Assembly (NCBI GenBank): GCA_964016885.1
Contig: OZ024743.1
Span: forward strand, 368,962,001 to 369,026,000
Origin: Eledone cirrhosa
Taxonomy: Eukaryota
Direction of reading: 5' to 3'
DNA: 64,000 bases
Both the position numbers and the translations under genes were made by a program. Of the stretch, positions 1-12,709 are shown one piece after another. The stretch's first letter is position 1, and the number at the start of each line of letters is the position of its first letter. The notes below the pieces were generated by a model. It was not told the DNA's origin. It was given only the letters and a program-made list of their open reading frames with translations, and ran no database searches.

Positions 1-594
1 TGAATTCGACTTCGATTCTACTGAAGATTTACTGTGACTTCGCTTCGATAGCAACAACAACAATTCTACTAGCTTACTAGTAAGAGCGACAATTATCCCA
101 AAGAAATTTCAAAGAAAAGAAAAAGTGAACTTTTTGTTAAAAAAAAAATTCTTTCTTTCTTTTTTACAGGCAATGTTTGGACATTTATTTCTTTTAAACT
201 GTATTATATGAAAATTCTTTTTTTTTTTCTATCATTGTATATATGACTGCACGCACACATTTTCTTTTCTGTATTACATGCCTGCATATGCACACACACC
301 AACATGTTGTTGTCTATAGTATATGATCTTCAGGCATAACAACCTCCATCTTGTTACTTTACCCGACTCACTGGGAAAACAACAAATGAAACTGGACCTG
401 TCAGCATTTCCACCATTTCTCCTATGGATTCGCCAGAATTATGGAATTACCGCTTCAACTACTACCCACCTACAGATTCAACTTGCTTTTTTTCTTTTCA
501 AAGCAACTAGCCATTTTTTCCTGGCTACCTAGCACTTCCGGCAATTCATCTGGGAGGCCGACAATTTCTCGCCTACCCATCATCTTCTTGCCAG

Positions 595-797
595 CTCTGC
601 TACAACATTTACCATAACAGCTGCAGCTATACAGCTCTGCTATAATATTTACCATAACAGCTATGGTATAACACTTACCATACACAGCTATATAGCCCTG
701 GTAAAGCATGAAGAGCACCATCATTGACAACAGCTACTGGTAAACTACCATAACAGCTTCATCCACAGCTCTGGTACAATACTTACCATAACAGCTA
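595..797. repeat. Degenerate minisatellite built on TTACCATAACAGCT
   Basis: About five imperfect copies of (T)TTACCATAACAGCT, interspersed with CAGCTCTGCTA-like units. Confidence 0.6.
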
Positions 798-1473
798 ACA
801 TTTAATGCAAGAACAGCAACTTTTCCCATGTCAGACTTTATCCGTTTTCTGTTAGACCCCGGTGGTCACGCATAAATAGCAAAACAGATAGTCATTTGAC
901 ACAGCCGCGCAACACGGCCCTTAGCGCCTCATTTTTCTTCTTGCATGCATTCTTTTGTTCAATTTTTTCATTGATGTGCTCTCTTTCAGCATTTTTCCTG
1001 CTGATTAAGTTTTATATATTGTCTTGCAACTAGATAGGGGGTATTGTAGTGACCTACATTCCGAGGGCTCATGGATACATTCTCCGTGTGTTGTTTGGCT
1101 CAATTCAGCCAATTGCTGCCAGCGTAGGAGAATGTATCTCGACTTTCGCCCCAGAGGGAAAAATTCCCCCCGCGATTCATAAATCTCTCTCTTGTTGCTT
1201 GGACTCTGAAAGGTCAAGACACAGTCATGTAACGGTGAGAATTTCACTTTGGCCTGTCGGCCTACTTAGGCCTTGGCACAATGCTACATTCACTTCTCAA
1301 CTCTTAGCAATGTTTGTTCTTACTTTGACATGTCACTCAACTTAACTCTTTGTAATTAGTTGTGAAAAAAACATGTAAAAAATGTTCATGAAGACTTTAC
1401 GACTAATTCCACAAACATTCACTAATCTTACGTTTAACAAAACCACACCTTTCCTGTTACAACAAATACACAT

Positions 1474-1632
1474 CATGCTTTCTAGCATAGTTACGTCCCT
1501 TTACAGTCTGAGTTCAAATCCCGCCGAGGTTAACTTTGCCTTTCATCCTTATGGGGTAGATAAAATAAAGTACCAGTAATGTACTGGATAATTGCTGGCC
1601 TTGTGCCTAAAGTAGAAACAATTATTATTATT
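1474..1632 (+). mobile_element. 5'-truncated tRNA-derived SINE with Meta-like core and (ATT)n tail
   Basis: B-box-like GAGTTCAAATCC, core GCCTTTCATCCTTATGGGGTAGATAAAATAAAGTACCAG, and tail CCTTGTGCCTAAAGTAGAAACA(ATT)n. Similar copies occur elsewhere in the window. Confidence 0.85.
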
Positions 1633-1639
1633 CGTGTTT

Positions 1640-1837
1640 GGACGTTGGATTGGCAGTATCGGTAGAGGGTCGAACGTTATGCTTTGCAGCACAGAGTTAC
1701 GCCCCTTTATGATCTGAGTTCAAATCCCGCCAAGGTTAACTTGCCTTTCATCCTTATGGGGTCGATAAAATAAAGTACCAGTAATGCACTGGGTAATTGC
1801 TGGTCTTGTGCCAAAAGTAGAAACAATTATTATTATT
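1640..1837 (+). mobile_element. tRNA-derived Meta-core SINE, tandem with the previous copy
   Basis: Head GGATTGGCAGTATCGGTAGAG, GAGTTCAAATCC, GCCTTTCATCC...GGGGTCGATAAA core and (ATT)n tail. Confidence 0.85.
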
Positions 1838-1879
1838 CATGTTGATGTATTATTATAAGTTTTCTGCTAAAAGATCATC

Positions 1880-2740
1880 TCTCACACCCATTGCAGAGAG
1901 TTTTGCAATAAGTCTTTTGTGAGGCACAGAATCAAAAGCTTTAGCAAAGTCAAGATAAACAAATCTACCCATGAGCTGCCATCAGTGATCTGGGGAATGT
2001 CTTCAAGAAACTCGATGGAGTTGGGGAAAAATCCAAATTGTGAGGGCTGATAAGTTCCAGAGTGTTTCTCTAACACAGGATTCCATCAGTTTGGCGATGC
2101 AGCTAATAAGACTGACTGGACGATAGGTGACAGGTGATGTGCAATCACCTTTTTTTAATAGAGGAATGACACTGGCAATTTTCCACTGCTCCAGAGTAGC
2201 ACCGTTGTTAAGACGGAATTGAAAGAAGAGTACAAGCTGGTGCAGAAGAAAGTACCCACCAGGTTTGAGAAGCAGGTATGTAACACCATGAAGAACAGGA
2301 GAGGCATAGTTGCGCTTACTCTTAAGGTGATTTTGCAGCATTGCAGGTGTAAATCCCATAGTTGTTAGAGAATTTGATATCAGAGGTGGTGGAGATGGTA
2401 CGTTAACAGTGAAAATGCCTCATAGCATTCAGCCATGAGTTCTGTGCATTCTTTGGGATCATCAGTAATCTGGCTTGTGTGGGGATTGTGAAGAGGACCA
2501 AATGTTCAAATTCAAGCACTGCCTTTTTTGTCATTTGCTTAAAATGATTGGATGATTTATTACGCTTTTTTCTATTGATATCTGATCTATGTAGTTTGTA
2601 TTCCTGTTCAGCATTATGACATTCTTTCCTGGCAAGTCGAACTACTGCAGTCTTCCAAATTGCACTTTTGGGGTGTTTTTTGTGCTTGTGTGGTACTGAT
2701 GCTGTCCATCATTTCAGATATTCTTGAGTAAGTTGCTTTT
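1880..2740 (-). pseudogene. CR1/L2/Jockey-group LINE reverse transcriptase fragment
   Basis: WKIASVIPLLKKGD..YRPVSLISCIAKLME and QFGF, with LDFAKAFDSVPH in the adjacent frame; frameshifted. Confidence 0.75.
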
Positions 2741-3859
2741 AATAACTACACTTTCTATTCAAATATTTTTGGCAAACTGCCTAAATTATTGGAACTTTCC
2801 AAATCATTCTGGCTTTCAAGGGAGGAGGTGGAGGTGAGGGCTAATAAAAAGAACAACAAAAAATAAATAGATGTAAAAACAAGTAAATTGATAATAGGAA
2901 GAACTTATAGCTTAATAGATAGATTAAGATGTATTTTATGTCAGAATATCTCTAATTTAGTTCAATGATCTGCCATTGAGTTCAGTTTACAGGTAAAATA
3001 CACTTTTACTGAAGTTAAAATAATATACCCAACTTCCTAAAGGTTTATTAGATTCCTAATTCCTCTACTAAAATAGCCATATCTAATGATTCCTTTGATA
3101 AGAGCACACATATCAAATTTCTCTTTCTCCCATATTTCATCTTCAGTTAATTCTTATGTGATAAGAATTTACCCAAATGTTTCTAGTATCTTTATTTAAT
3201 TCTCCACTTGACACTATGTATAACTTCTAGTAAACTAAATGTATATTCTATCCCTTCAAGATACAATTTATTATTTAGTTGTATCACACTAATTGCTTCT
3301 TACATTTTAACAATACATTTTTAGTACAAACTGATATTCCACTTTCTTTTTTTTATTCTTATGTTGAGGCAAACTTTTATGGCTATCAAATTTATTTTTC
3401 TAAACTCAAGAAAGTGTTTAAATATAAGTTTGAAAGCAAAGACAATGGAGAGGGGATTCAGCAAGATTTTGTCAATGAAATCTCCATATGGTTTAAATGC
3501 ATAAGTCTCCAATATTCAAGTGACTAAAACATGTCAGCAAAAGGGCACCCAGAAGTTACGACCTGGATGCAGCCTAGCCCCTTTAGAGTGTAAGAGGTTA
3601 AGGGTCGAAGCACTTGCAGCTCGCCTGAGAGTTTTTTACCACTTGCATAGAGCACTTACATTACACATGCTTCAGAGTACTTTGTGGTAAAGAAAGAAAT
3701 TACCAAAACTTTCTTGGAAAGTTACCTGCAACAGACTAGTATTCCATTTAAAGGAAAATTTCTCACTCATTCACTTAACACTGCAGAAGTCATTGTTAAG
3801 AGTCATTCCTTTGGCTCTTTATCTTTCCTATAAAGATTGGCAATTATATATATATATAT

Positions 3860-5895
3860 CTAGGGTGGGTAAAATTCCCGAGATCCATGGACGAGTTCTC
3901 TACAGCGGTCTCTGTCCCTCATCATTTCTGCCATGTCCTGCATCTCCAAGAGACAAGTGTCTGTCCTTAGGGCACCCATCCACCATCTGAGTGAGTTTCT
4001 TGGTCAGTGTCCAAGTCTCAGACCCGTACAGCAGCACAGATTCCACTACAGCAACGAAGAGACGGATCTTCAGGTCTTTATGAAGGTCCGACTTCCATAG
4101 TGATGTCAAACTGTGGCACACCGCCCAGGCTTTGCTCTTCATCTCGACCACATCATCTTCTGTATTCCCAATCTTTTCTCCCAGATACAGGAAGTCCTCA
4201 ACCAATTCTAGCGGCTTCCCGCCTACATTAGTAATCTTCTCTGTCTTCTTAATATTCTCTACCAGATACTTCATCTTAATCTCATTTATTCTCAGCCCCA
4301 CACTCATCGACACAGTCTCCACCTCCTGCATCAACTCCTCTGCCTCCTTCACTGTGTTTGTCATTGGAACTATGTCGTCACCAAATCAGCATCCAATATC
4401 TTTTTCACATCAACTCTCCTGCTCTGAGCCGGAGCTACAGTAAAGCCAGAGTCCTGGTGTTTCTCCAGTGCAAGGCGCATACAATAGTCCACTGCGATGA
4501 TAAAAAGGTAGGGAGCCAATGAATCTCCCTGGAGCACTCCAGCCAGTATCTCAAAGAACTCCATCATCCCATCAGGTGTAATGACTTGGGCTTTGGTGTT
4601 GGTGTAGAGCAGTGATATCAGGTCCACTATCTTCTTGGGGATTCCATAAGCCTGTAAGATCTTCATTAGGCAGTGACAGTCCACAGAATCAAAGGCCTTC
4701 CTAAAATCAAGGAAAACCATGACTGCAGGAAGGCACTTTGCTCTAGTTCCCTTTAATATCCTCCTCAGCATCAGGATGTGACTGGTGGTTGATCTTCCCT
4801 CTCTGAAGCCGTTCTGGTTGTCCCTGAGCTTCTTCTCCATCTCTGGCTGGATCCTGTTAAGAATAATTCTGTTGAGGGTCTTTGCCACAAGTGACATCAG
4901 TGAGATCCCCCTGTAGTTGTTGGTGTTAGAGAGATCTCCCTTCTTTGGCACTGGGAAGATGTTACTAATCCTCCATGGGGCAACTCCTTTCTCCAGTGCC
5001 TGGTTACAGAACCCCATGATGATATCATCAAAATCACACCTCTTCATCACCTCTGATGCCACTCCATCTCCATGAGCCTTTCCCTCCTTGATCTTCTTCT
5101 TGGCTCTCTGAAGTTCCTCTCTGGTGAAGGGTCCTGTCTCAATATCCAGTTCCTCAAACAGCCGCCTGATCTCCCCAATGTTCTGGGCTGTGGAGAGCGG
5201 CTTTCCTAGTGGGGTCCAAAATGATCTAGCCATTTCCCCTTCCTATCCTCGGGCCCTGTTCCCTGAATCTAACTTGAACACCTTCTCTTCCTCCCTGTGA
5301 TCTTGTTGCTGATCATCCAGCTCTTCTTACACCCAGACCTGTCAATCGCTCTCTCCACACTTCTGATCTTCTCTATCAGCGCCTCCTCTCTGGCCTCAGT
5401 GTAATTGGTACAGAGTTCTTCCCTCATCACCTCCATTCTCCCTGCTCTCATCCATAGGATCAGCATAGAATTGGTCCTTGGCAGCTTTCAGGTGTTCTCT
5501 GGCTGCACACATTTTTGGGTCTGCAGAGCTGACGTGCTTCCTCTTCTTCTCTCTCCTCGGCACCAGGGTCTCATTTGTCTGCCACTGTATTGGTGAAGTA
5601 CCCATACCTCCTCATCACACTCTCCTCAGTCCCCCCAATCATCTTCCTTGAAAGCTCCCCAGTCATAGATTGCTCTCCGGGGCTGAGCCTTGCTCTTTCT
5701 TAAGCTCACCCGGATCTCACTCATAACAAGCCAGAGGTCATTGCCCAGTGTACTGAAACAGGTGTATGGTTCTGTGTTCAGAACACTATTCCACTACTTT
5801 TTCCTCACCAGAATGAAATCAATCTGGGACTTGGACAGGTTCATATTTGAGATGTAGGTCCACATCTTCCCGGGATTCTTCCTAAACTTTAGGTT
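3860..5895 (-). mobile_element. RTE-clade LINE, 5'-truncated, with an internal deletion near the 3' end
   Basis: APE C-terminal QIDFILV; RT motifs NYRGISL, QNGFR, FLDFRKAFDSV, GVLQGDSLAPYLF, FLYLG and LLYGSETW; 3' end abuts (TA)n. Confidence 0.9.
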
Positions 5896-5899
5896 GGTT

Positions 5900-6164
5900 G
5901 CTATCAAGTTCACCTCCAGTGAAACAGAGGCGACTGAGGTTAGTTGGACATGCTCACCGACATCCAGAGTGGACACTGCACTCAGTGCTCCTGTGGGAGC
6001 CCCTGCATGGACACACTGGAAGAGAAAGACCGAGGTTAACATATGTTGATACCCTAAGGACAGACACTGGTGTCTTGGAGATGCAGGACATGGCAGTGAT
6101 AATGAGGGACAGGGACCGCTGGAGAGAACTCGTCCATGGATCTCGGGAATTTTACCAGCCATAG
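5900..6164 (+). mobile_element. RTE-clade LINE 3' fragment, same family, inverted relative to 3860-5895
   Basis: RRLRLVGHAHRH..GRERPRLTYVDTL..DRDRWR. The last ~110 bp are the reverse complement of 3862-3972, and the fragment is followed by (TA)n. Confidence 0.9.
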
Positions 6165-6183
6165 ATATATATATATATATATA

Positions 6184-6430
6184 TCATCATCATCATCATT
6201 CACATCATTTAATGTCCATCTTCCAAGCTAGTATGGGTTATACGGTTTTGTTCCATTTGAAGTGGTGTGTGTCAGGAGACTGTGTCTCTGGCAGGTTTTC
6301 TATGGCTGGATGCCCTTCCTAACACCAACCCTATTTACAGTGTGGACTGGGAGCCTTGTTACCGTGTCTCCTACACGACCACTTTACAGTGTGGACTGGG
6401 TGCTTTTTGTTGTGTCACCGACACAGTGGA
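6184..6430 (-). mobile_element. SINE/non-autonomous RTE-tailed repeat ending in (GAT)n
   Basis: Reverse complement of GTTGGTGTTAGGAAGGGCATCCAGCC...CTTGGAAGATGGACATTAAATGATG. Confidence 0.75.
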
Positions 6431-6899
6431 TGGGGTAGGGTGTGTGGAGTGGGGTGTACATTGGGTTAAGAGGTACCTACTGACTGTAGGTTTGTATGCA
6501 AGGGAAGGTGGTTCTTCTGTACAACTGCATGGCACCAAAGATCTCGATCCAGTGACATCGTCTTAGAGAGGTGTGAGCAAGGTCAGTTTTTATCACCTCG
6601 TCCCAGGTTTTTCTTGGTTTACCCACTCCGTAGCTTCCATCAATTTTCATTGCGTAAGCGTGTGTGTGTGTGTGTGTGTGTTATTATACGTCCGTATGAA
6701 ACTAAGAAGAAATGTGTGTGTATATGTGAGTAAAAGAGTGTGTGTGCATGTAAGTACGAAGCTATGAGCAAAAATATGTTAATATAAGGGTGTGTATGTG
6801 TGTATACAGAGCAGTGAATGGGAAAGTAGAGTGAGCATATATAGTCAGCCTGTATTAGTTGTAAGAGAAGCTGCTAATGATCAGTGAAAGCGATAGGAA

Positions 6900-8250
6900 T
6901 CTAGTGGTGTGATAATGGATGGGGTATTAGAGAAATTGGGGAGGTGAGTTGAGTCCAAGAGGGGAATAGGACCCAATGAGGTGAATCAGACTTTGTTCAG
7001 TCCTGGTGCGCAAGGCCTGTGATCCATGATGTAAAAGGACATCCAGGACTGAAACATGTAGGGAAGAATGACCAGGAGAACAGAAATGACAGGCGACAGG
7101 AGTACCCAAACCGAGTCATATGTCCCTCAAATGTCCCACAAAACGGTCCGCCATACGGCATCCCATTTGTCCGATATATGAAGACCAGCAAAGGGAACAC
7201 CGGAGGGCATAGACAATGTGGGTAGATGTTCAGGTGAAGGTGAAGGACCCATTAAGGCCTGTAAGAGTGGTGAGGGTGGAAATAAAGGGACAAGTGTTGC
7301 AGCGGGAACGGGAACAAGGATGAGAGCTGGGTGGAGTCGTGGGAGAGGACGAAAAGGAACTGCGAACCAGGAGGTCGCAGAAGTTGCGGGCATGCTTAGA
7401 AGCAGTAATGGGTGAGTTTGGAAAAAAGCGAGAAGTGGCGGGGTCAGAAGAGAGGATACGGAAGGAACAGAGGATATGTCACCAGAGTGGTAGGGTGATG
7501 GGGTGGTAGGTGAGAGGGAAAGGAACACGGGTGTTGGGAGGGTGGGTTGAAGTGAGAGGGCTGTGGTACAGTCTGTTTCATTGGCGTGGGTGAGAGCAGC
7601 TTGGATCAGGGTGGGGGGATATCCACGCTGGATGAAGCAGGAAGCCATGCAAAAGGAATGGGTTTCAAATTCGTCGTCCTGGCTACAGAGTCGACGAAGA
7701 CGGAGGAATTGGGAATAGGGTATGGAGTGTTTGGTGTCGGTTGGATGGGAGGAGGTGAAGTTGAGGTAAGATTGGGAGTCTGTTGGTTTAATGAAGATGG
7801 AAGTAGAGAGGGTGTGGTGAGAGTGATTAATAGATAGAGAGATATCTAGAAAAACGACAGAAGAATCGGAGACAGAGGCGGTGAAATTGAGAGCAGGATG
7901 GAAAGATTGGACAAAAGAAAGAAAACAGTCAAGCTGTTCTCATGATAGCGAGGTGACGCTGATACTGTTGTCGATATAATGACCATATAGCTCAGGAGTC
8001 AGTCCAGCTTACTGAGAGAAGATCTGGGCATCAACGTAGCCAACAAACAAGTTGGCATAGTTTGGACCCATTCTGGTTCCCATCGCTACCCCAGAGACCT
8101 GCTGATAAAATTCACCCGAAAAAGAGAATCCATTGAGAGTGAGAACAAGCTCAGCCAGATGGAGAAGAGTGGTAGTGTTGGGGTAAGAGGTAGGGAATAA
8201 GTCTAAAAAATGTTGGAGAGCGCGGAGGCCGTCATCATGAGGGATGACGG
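6900..8250 (-). mobile_element. Penelope-like element (Poseidon/Penelope type), 5'-truncated, degenerate RT + GIY-YIG
   Basis: Minus strand reads QQVSGVAMGTRMGPNYANLFVGYV, YIDDSI, FLDISL, SQFLRLRRLC, FIQRGYP, and GIY-YIG-like YAIRC..YIGQMGRRMADRFVGH. Confidence 0.85.
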
Positions 8251-8254
8251 TATA

Positions 8255-8420
8255 GAGAGAGACACATGCAACTGTTGGTTTTCACTCCGATTTATTATAA
8301 ATTTCCAGTTGGTTAGTTTAATAACCGAATGGTTGTTTATTTATTGTCAAAACTCTTTCGTCACATATTTGTTATTTTGTGTCTCTCCTTTGTTTTATCC
8401 TACACCATCTTGTTTTTGTG
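8255..8420 (-). repeat. Penelope pseudo-LTR remnant related to 29060-29290
   Basis: Reverse complement aligns to 29060-29290 (GACGAAAGAGTTTTGACAATA, AACAACC, ATAATAAAT); the hammerhead 5' half is deleted. Confidence 0.6.
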
Positions 8421-9224
8421 AGCTGTGTCATATTTGCATGTATGTTGCTCTTATTGCTATTTTTCTCCATGTTTCTAGCTCTTCCTTTTCATTTGAAGCA
8501 CATTGGTTTGTAGCATTTTTTGTCTTTATTTCTGTAATTCATTGAAAGGCACAATTTGTCCTATACCTCTCTGTTTTTGTTCAGTTACCTCCCATGTGCA
8601 CTGGCAGGAATAGTCTCAACATTAATGCACAGAAACTATAAGGATTTCCAAAAGTTGATTGAAGAGAAGGGACTGTCCCTTTTTTCCATTGTCTTTGTCT
8701 TCTTTTTTTATCCCTATATATATGGTAATGGTGGCAGTTTTGGGGTAGTAATAAAAAGGTGTTCTATAGATGTATATTAAAATTAAATAAAATTAGTCGA
8801 ACCTATGCCAGCATGGAAAAGCAGATATAAATTGATGAAGAAAGGAATGTAGCAATATGCTTCAATAATATTTTTTTACATTCAAGAATTTCTAGATGGT
8901 TAGTAAAATAGCTGTAACATTTTTGTTTCAATTAATACACTAAGCTAGTGCTTGGAATGTATCTTGACAAAAGGTTCTCACATGATACAACTTTTACCAT
9001 TATCATTCACATTGTTGCATGAAATAATTTTCACAATTGTTATTTGTGTAATAATGAGATTTTAAACACTTTAATGAATGATATTGTAATATGGGGTAGT
9101 TTCAAAATTCTCTTTTCCTGAGTTTTTAAATCTTTTATTTTTTACAAATTCAGCAAATTGGCAGACTCATTAAAGCATAAAATTTAATGCTTTGATATTT
9201 GTTCTAGATCTCTGCAATGTGGTG

Positions 9225-9460
9225 CCAGGGGACATAAGGAGCCCCTGGTTCAATCAGAAGAGTAAAGATGCCACTCGAGCAAAGAAGACAGCTTACAAAG
9301 CTTCGCTTGAAAATAAGACTTCCCATTCACAGAAAATGCAGGTGTAAAAAGTCTCAACAAAGACATGGAGGAGAACTTTAGGGGTTAACCTGGAATCTGA
9401 CTTTAGATCAGCAAATAAAGTATTCTGGCAGACCATCTGCTGACTTCGTAATAAGAAGTT
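9225..9460 (+). pseudogene. RTE (Expander-like) LINE linker fragment
   Basis: Reads PWFNQKSKDATRAKK...LESDFRSANKVFWQTI. Confidence 0.6.
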
Positions 9461-10187
9461 CTCCTCCACACCTGCTATCAGGAACTCATCTTGGGGTCTT
9501 CTCTGAAAAGAGAGGTGCAGTCTGATAAGGTGGGGAGAATACTTTTCTGATCTTTTAAATCTTCTCTGCACTCTGTTGTGGTCACTTTTGCCTTTCATCC
9601 TTTCAAGGTCAATAAATAAATTAACATAATAAGAGGTTGGTGGAAATGTTAGAATCAAGCAGGATACTTTGTGATATTTGATCCAGCTTTGTTCAAATCC
9701 CACCCTCATCTGCCAGGAGTTACAACTGGTAAATAATATCAGCAATAGAAAGACCATCTTCTTTCTTTTCCTAAATTCTGATACTAGAATTAAATACCTA
9801 AATCAGAACTTTGAAAATATCTGCAATATTTTTATATAGCTTTTCAATTGATTTTCTTTGTAGCTATGACTTAAAAATACAAAATGTTCACTGTTGAATT
9901 GCAGAAAATTTCTTGGTGATTTTAATGCTGGAGCATATGTAGAATTTTCCAGGAAGAAAACATACATTTATTATAATTGTATATTTTAATTTTAATTTTA
10001 AGCCTGACATAAGGCTTTGAATTCATTTTTAAACTCTATTTCATGTATATGTAAAGTTCTTTTTTCTTATTTTTATATACTCAAATACGCACACATATAT
10101 TTTAGGTGGTGATATATAATAGGAGTATGTGGATGTGTGTAGTTAATGTTGAATTTATGTTCATAATTTCATGGGTTCAATTCCTGG

Positions 10188-11240
10188 ACTAGTGAAGAAT
10201 TTAGCGTAAAAGTTGGTGTTCATCAGGGCTCTGTCCTTAGCCCCCTCCTATTTATTATTGCCCTTCAGGCTATAACAGAGGAGTTCAAGACTGGCTGCCC
10301 ATGGGAACTTCCCTATGCAGATGATCTAACGCTCACCGCTGAATCCATGGCTGAACTAGAGAAGAAATTCCAAACATGGAAGCATGGCCTAGAATCAAAA
10401 GGCCTTAAAGTTCTAGTATGTAGGAAGGAAAATAGGGCACAGGTCCCCTCTGGGAAATGGCCATGTTCAGTGTGTAGGAAAGGAGTAGGCAGAAATTCCA
10501 TTTTATGTCCCAAATGCAAAGTATGGGTGCATAAAAGATGTAGTGGGATCACAGGTAAGCTATCTAAGAACGTAGATTTTATATGTGGCCAGTGCTTAGG
10601 TGCAACAAGTAGCAAGTGCCCACAGGATACTAGCTCGTTCTATTACCCAGATGGCTCTATAGAAACAGTGGACACCTTCCGTTACCTGGGTGACAAAATC
10701 AGCAGTGGTGGAGGATGCTCAGAAAGTACAGTAGTCAGAACAGGATGGAAAAAGTTCAGAGAGCTTATACCACTATTGGCCGCTAAAGCTTTCTCTCTAA
10801 AAACGAAAGGCAGACTGTATGATGCCTGCATACGAACAGCTGTTACACGGCAGTGAGACATGGGCATTGTGTGCAGAGGATCTGCGCAGACTGGAGAGGA
10901 ACGAAGCATGCATGCCCCGCTGGATGTATAATAGTGATATACGTGAACAGCAAAGCATAAATAAACTAAGTGAGAAATTAGGTATAAGAGGGATCAGATG
11001 CTGTTTACTCGAGAGAAGACTTCGTTGGTATGGTCACGTGATGCGCATGAAAGCTGACAGCTGTATAAAAAAGTGCAGGGTGATCAAAATTGACGGAAGT
11101 TACGGGGTAGGCAGACCCAGAAAAACCTGGGATGATTTGATGAATTCTGACCTTACACACTTACACCTCTCTAAGACATTGTCACAGGACCGAGATCTTT
11201 GACGCTATGCAGTAATACAGAAAACCCACCTTGCCTAAGT
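10188..11240 (+). mobile_element. RTE-clade LINE 3' part with a PHD-type zinc finger inside the RT
   Basis: GVHQGSVLSPLLF, YADDL, CSVC..CPKC..HKRC..CGQC, FRYLG, HGSETW, RRLRWYGHVMR and GRPRKTW. Confidence 0.9.
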
Positions 11241-11384
11241 ACAAAGCGAAACCTACAGTCAGCAGGTACCTCTTAATCAAATATACACCCCCATCCCACT
11301 ACCCCAACTCCACCCCTTTCTCTGTAAAGTTATGTTAGTACCACAACCTCCAGTCCTAAATAAATGAGGTTGTGTAGGTGTCAT

Positions 11385-11614
11385 GACAAAAAAACACACA
11401 GTCCACGCTGTAATGTGGCCGTGTAGGTAACACAGTAAAAACCTCCTAGTCCACACTGTAAACGTGGTTGGTGTTAGGAAGGGCATCCAGCCGTAGAAAA
11501 TCTACCAGACAGTCCCATACGAGCGAGACAACCAATTTTGCCTCAAGTGGGGCAATTCCCATCTAAACCCATGCTAGCGTGGAAGATAGACGTTAAACGA
11601 TGATGATGATGATG
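11385..11614 (+). mobile_element. RTE-tailed SINE-like repeat, or the 3' UTR of the preceding RTE, ending in (GAT)n
   Basis: GGTTGGTGTTAGGAAGGGCATCCAGCCGTAGAAAA...GACGTTAAACGATGATGAT; closely matches 43512-43718. Confidence 0.75.
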
Positions 11615-12385
11615 ATTAGCAGAATGGCCCGGCATTGCTCGGGCTTCTAAACATAAATTGGCATGTTTATCCCCCCTTTCTGAAACAGTACAGAGAAGTA
11701 CAGAATACATCGGCCTGGGGATGGTGTTTACATTTTGTGCTTATAAAAAAAATCTGTCGTAGATTACCAGGAGTTTAACTTAATTGGGTGCCTGAGAGTA
11801 AAATGTTCAACCCACGAAAACCAAGACGATAGGGTTAAGTAAAAAAGCATTCGACAAACTGAACATGTATTTGTTGTGCTATGGTACAATGAAAGTTACA
11901 GAGCAGTAAGCATATGGGACTGCAGTGGTGAATTTAGTTGGATACTTTTAAGGTTACAAAAATCTATAGAATCTAATATAGACCGAACTGTTATATCGGA
12001 TGCCAAACGCTTCGGAGTTACTATTGGAGTCACCATCTACAATTTCAAGGGATATACGTTTAAGTAGGGATAATATAGTCTATAAAGAAAACTAACTCTT
12101 TCAAAATACTAAAGAGTTGTCTCTCTTGAACATTGTAGACAAAATTGCCGAAAAAAGGGCTTAAAGTTTTAGTGAAAACAACGCTTTTAACAACAGAAAA
12201 TTAAAAATAAAAAACAACATAAAATTGAAAAATAAAAGCCGCAGTTGATATCTTTGGACCGCAAGGAATATATAAATGCAGGTTTGAAGTCAATTGGAGT
12301 AAAAATGTGGATTTGTATAGACTTTGCAAAAATTAGGACACACACACACACACAGACAATTTCAGTTTTATATATATGTATAGAT
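11615..12385 (-). mobile_element. Helentron-associated non-autonomous element (HINE/DINE-1-like)
   Basis: Hairpin CCCGGCATTGCTCGGG next to the TAGC terminus; the other end is TTTTATATATATGTATAGAT with (CA)n. 12185-12385 matches 31630-31800. Confidence 0.7.
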
Positions 12386-12429
12386 AGATATGTGTGTTTG
12401 TGTGTAGATGTGTGCGTGTCTGTGTACAT

Positions 12430-12458
12430 CTATATATATATATATATATATATATACA

Positions 12459-12511
<53 letters not shown>

Positions 12512-12642
12512 ATATAAATATATAAAAATAAAATAAGAATTTTATTTCTCACTCTAGCACAGCTGATACATAAAGGTAATATGCATATCTACACATATAT
12601 ATACATATCTGTATATATATATAGACATACACACACACACAT

Positions 12643-12708
<66 letters not shown>
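12430..12708. repeat. (TA)n/(CA)n microsatellites followed by a (TAA)n tract (12674-12708)
   Basis: Direct inspection. Confidence 0.95.

Positions 12709-12709
<1 letters not shown>

Noticed and set aside
595-797. CRISPR-like repeat-spacer pattern
   Set aside because: Repeats are degenerate and irregularly spaced, the context is eukaryotic, and there are no cas genes.
830-1345. Overlapping ORFs 1005-1247 and 1049-1345
   Set aside because: No recognisable motif; possibly an old TE remnant but unassignable.
2940-3520. Second CR1-like RT C-terminal remnant on the minus strand
   Set aside because: Only a faint LEY..PY..IDKI resemblance; too degraded to call.
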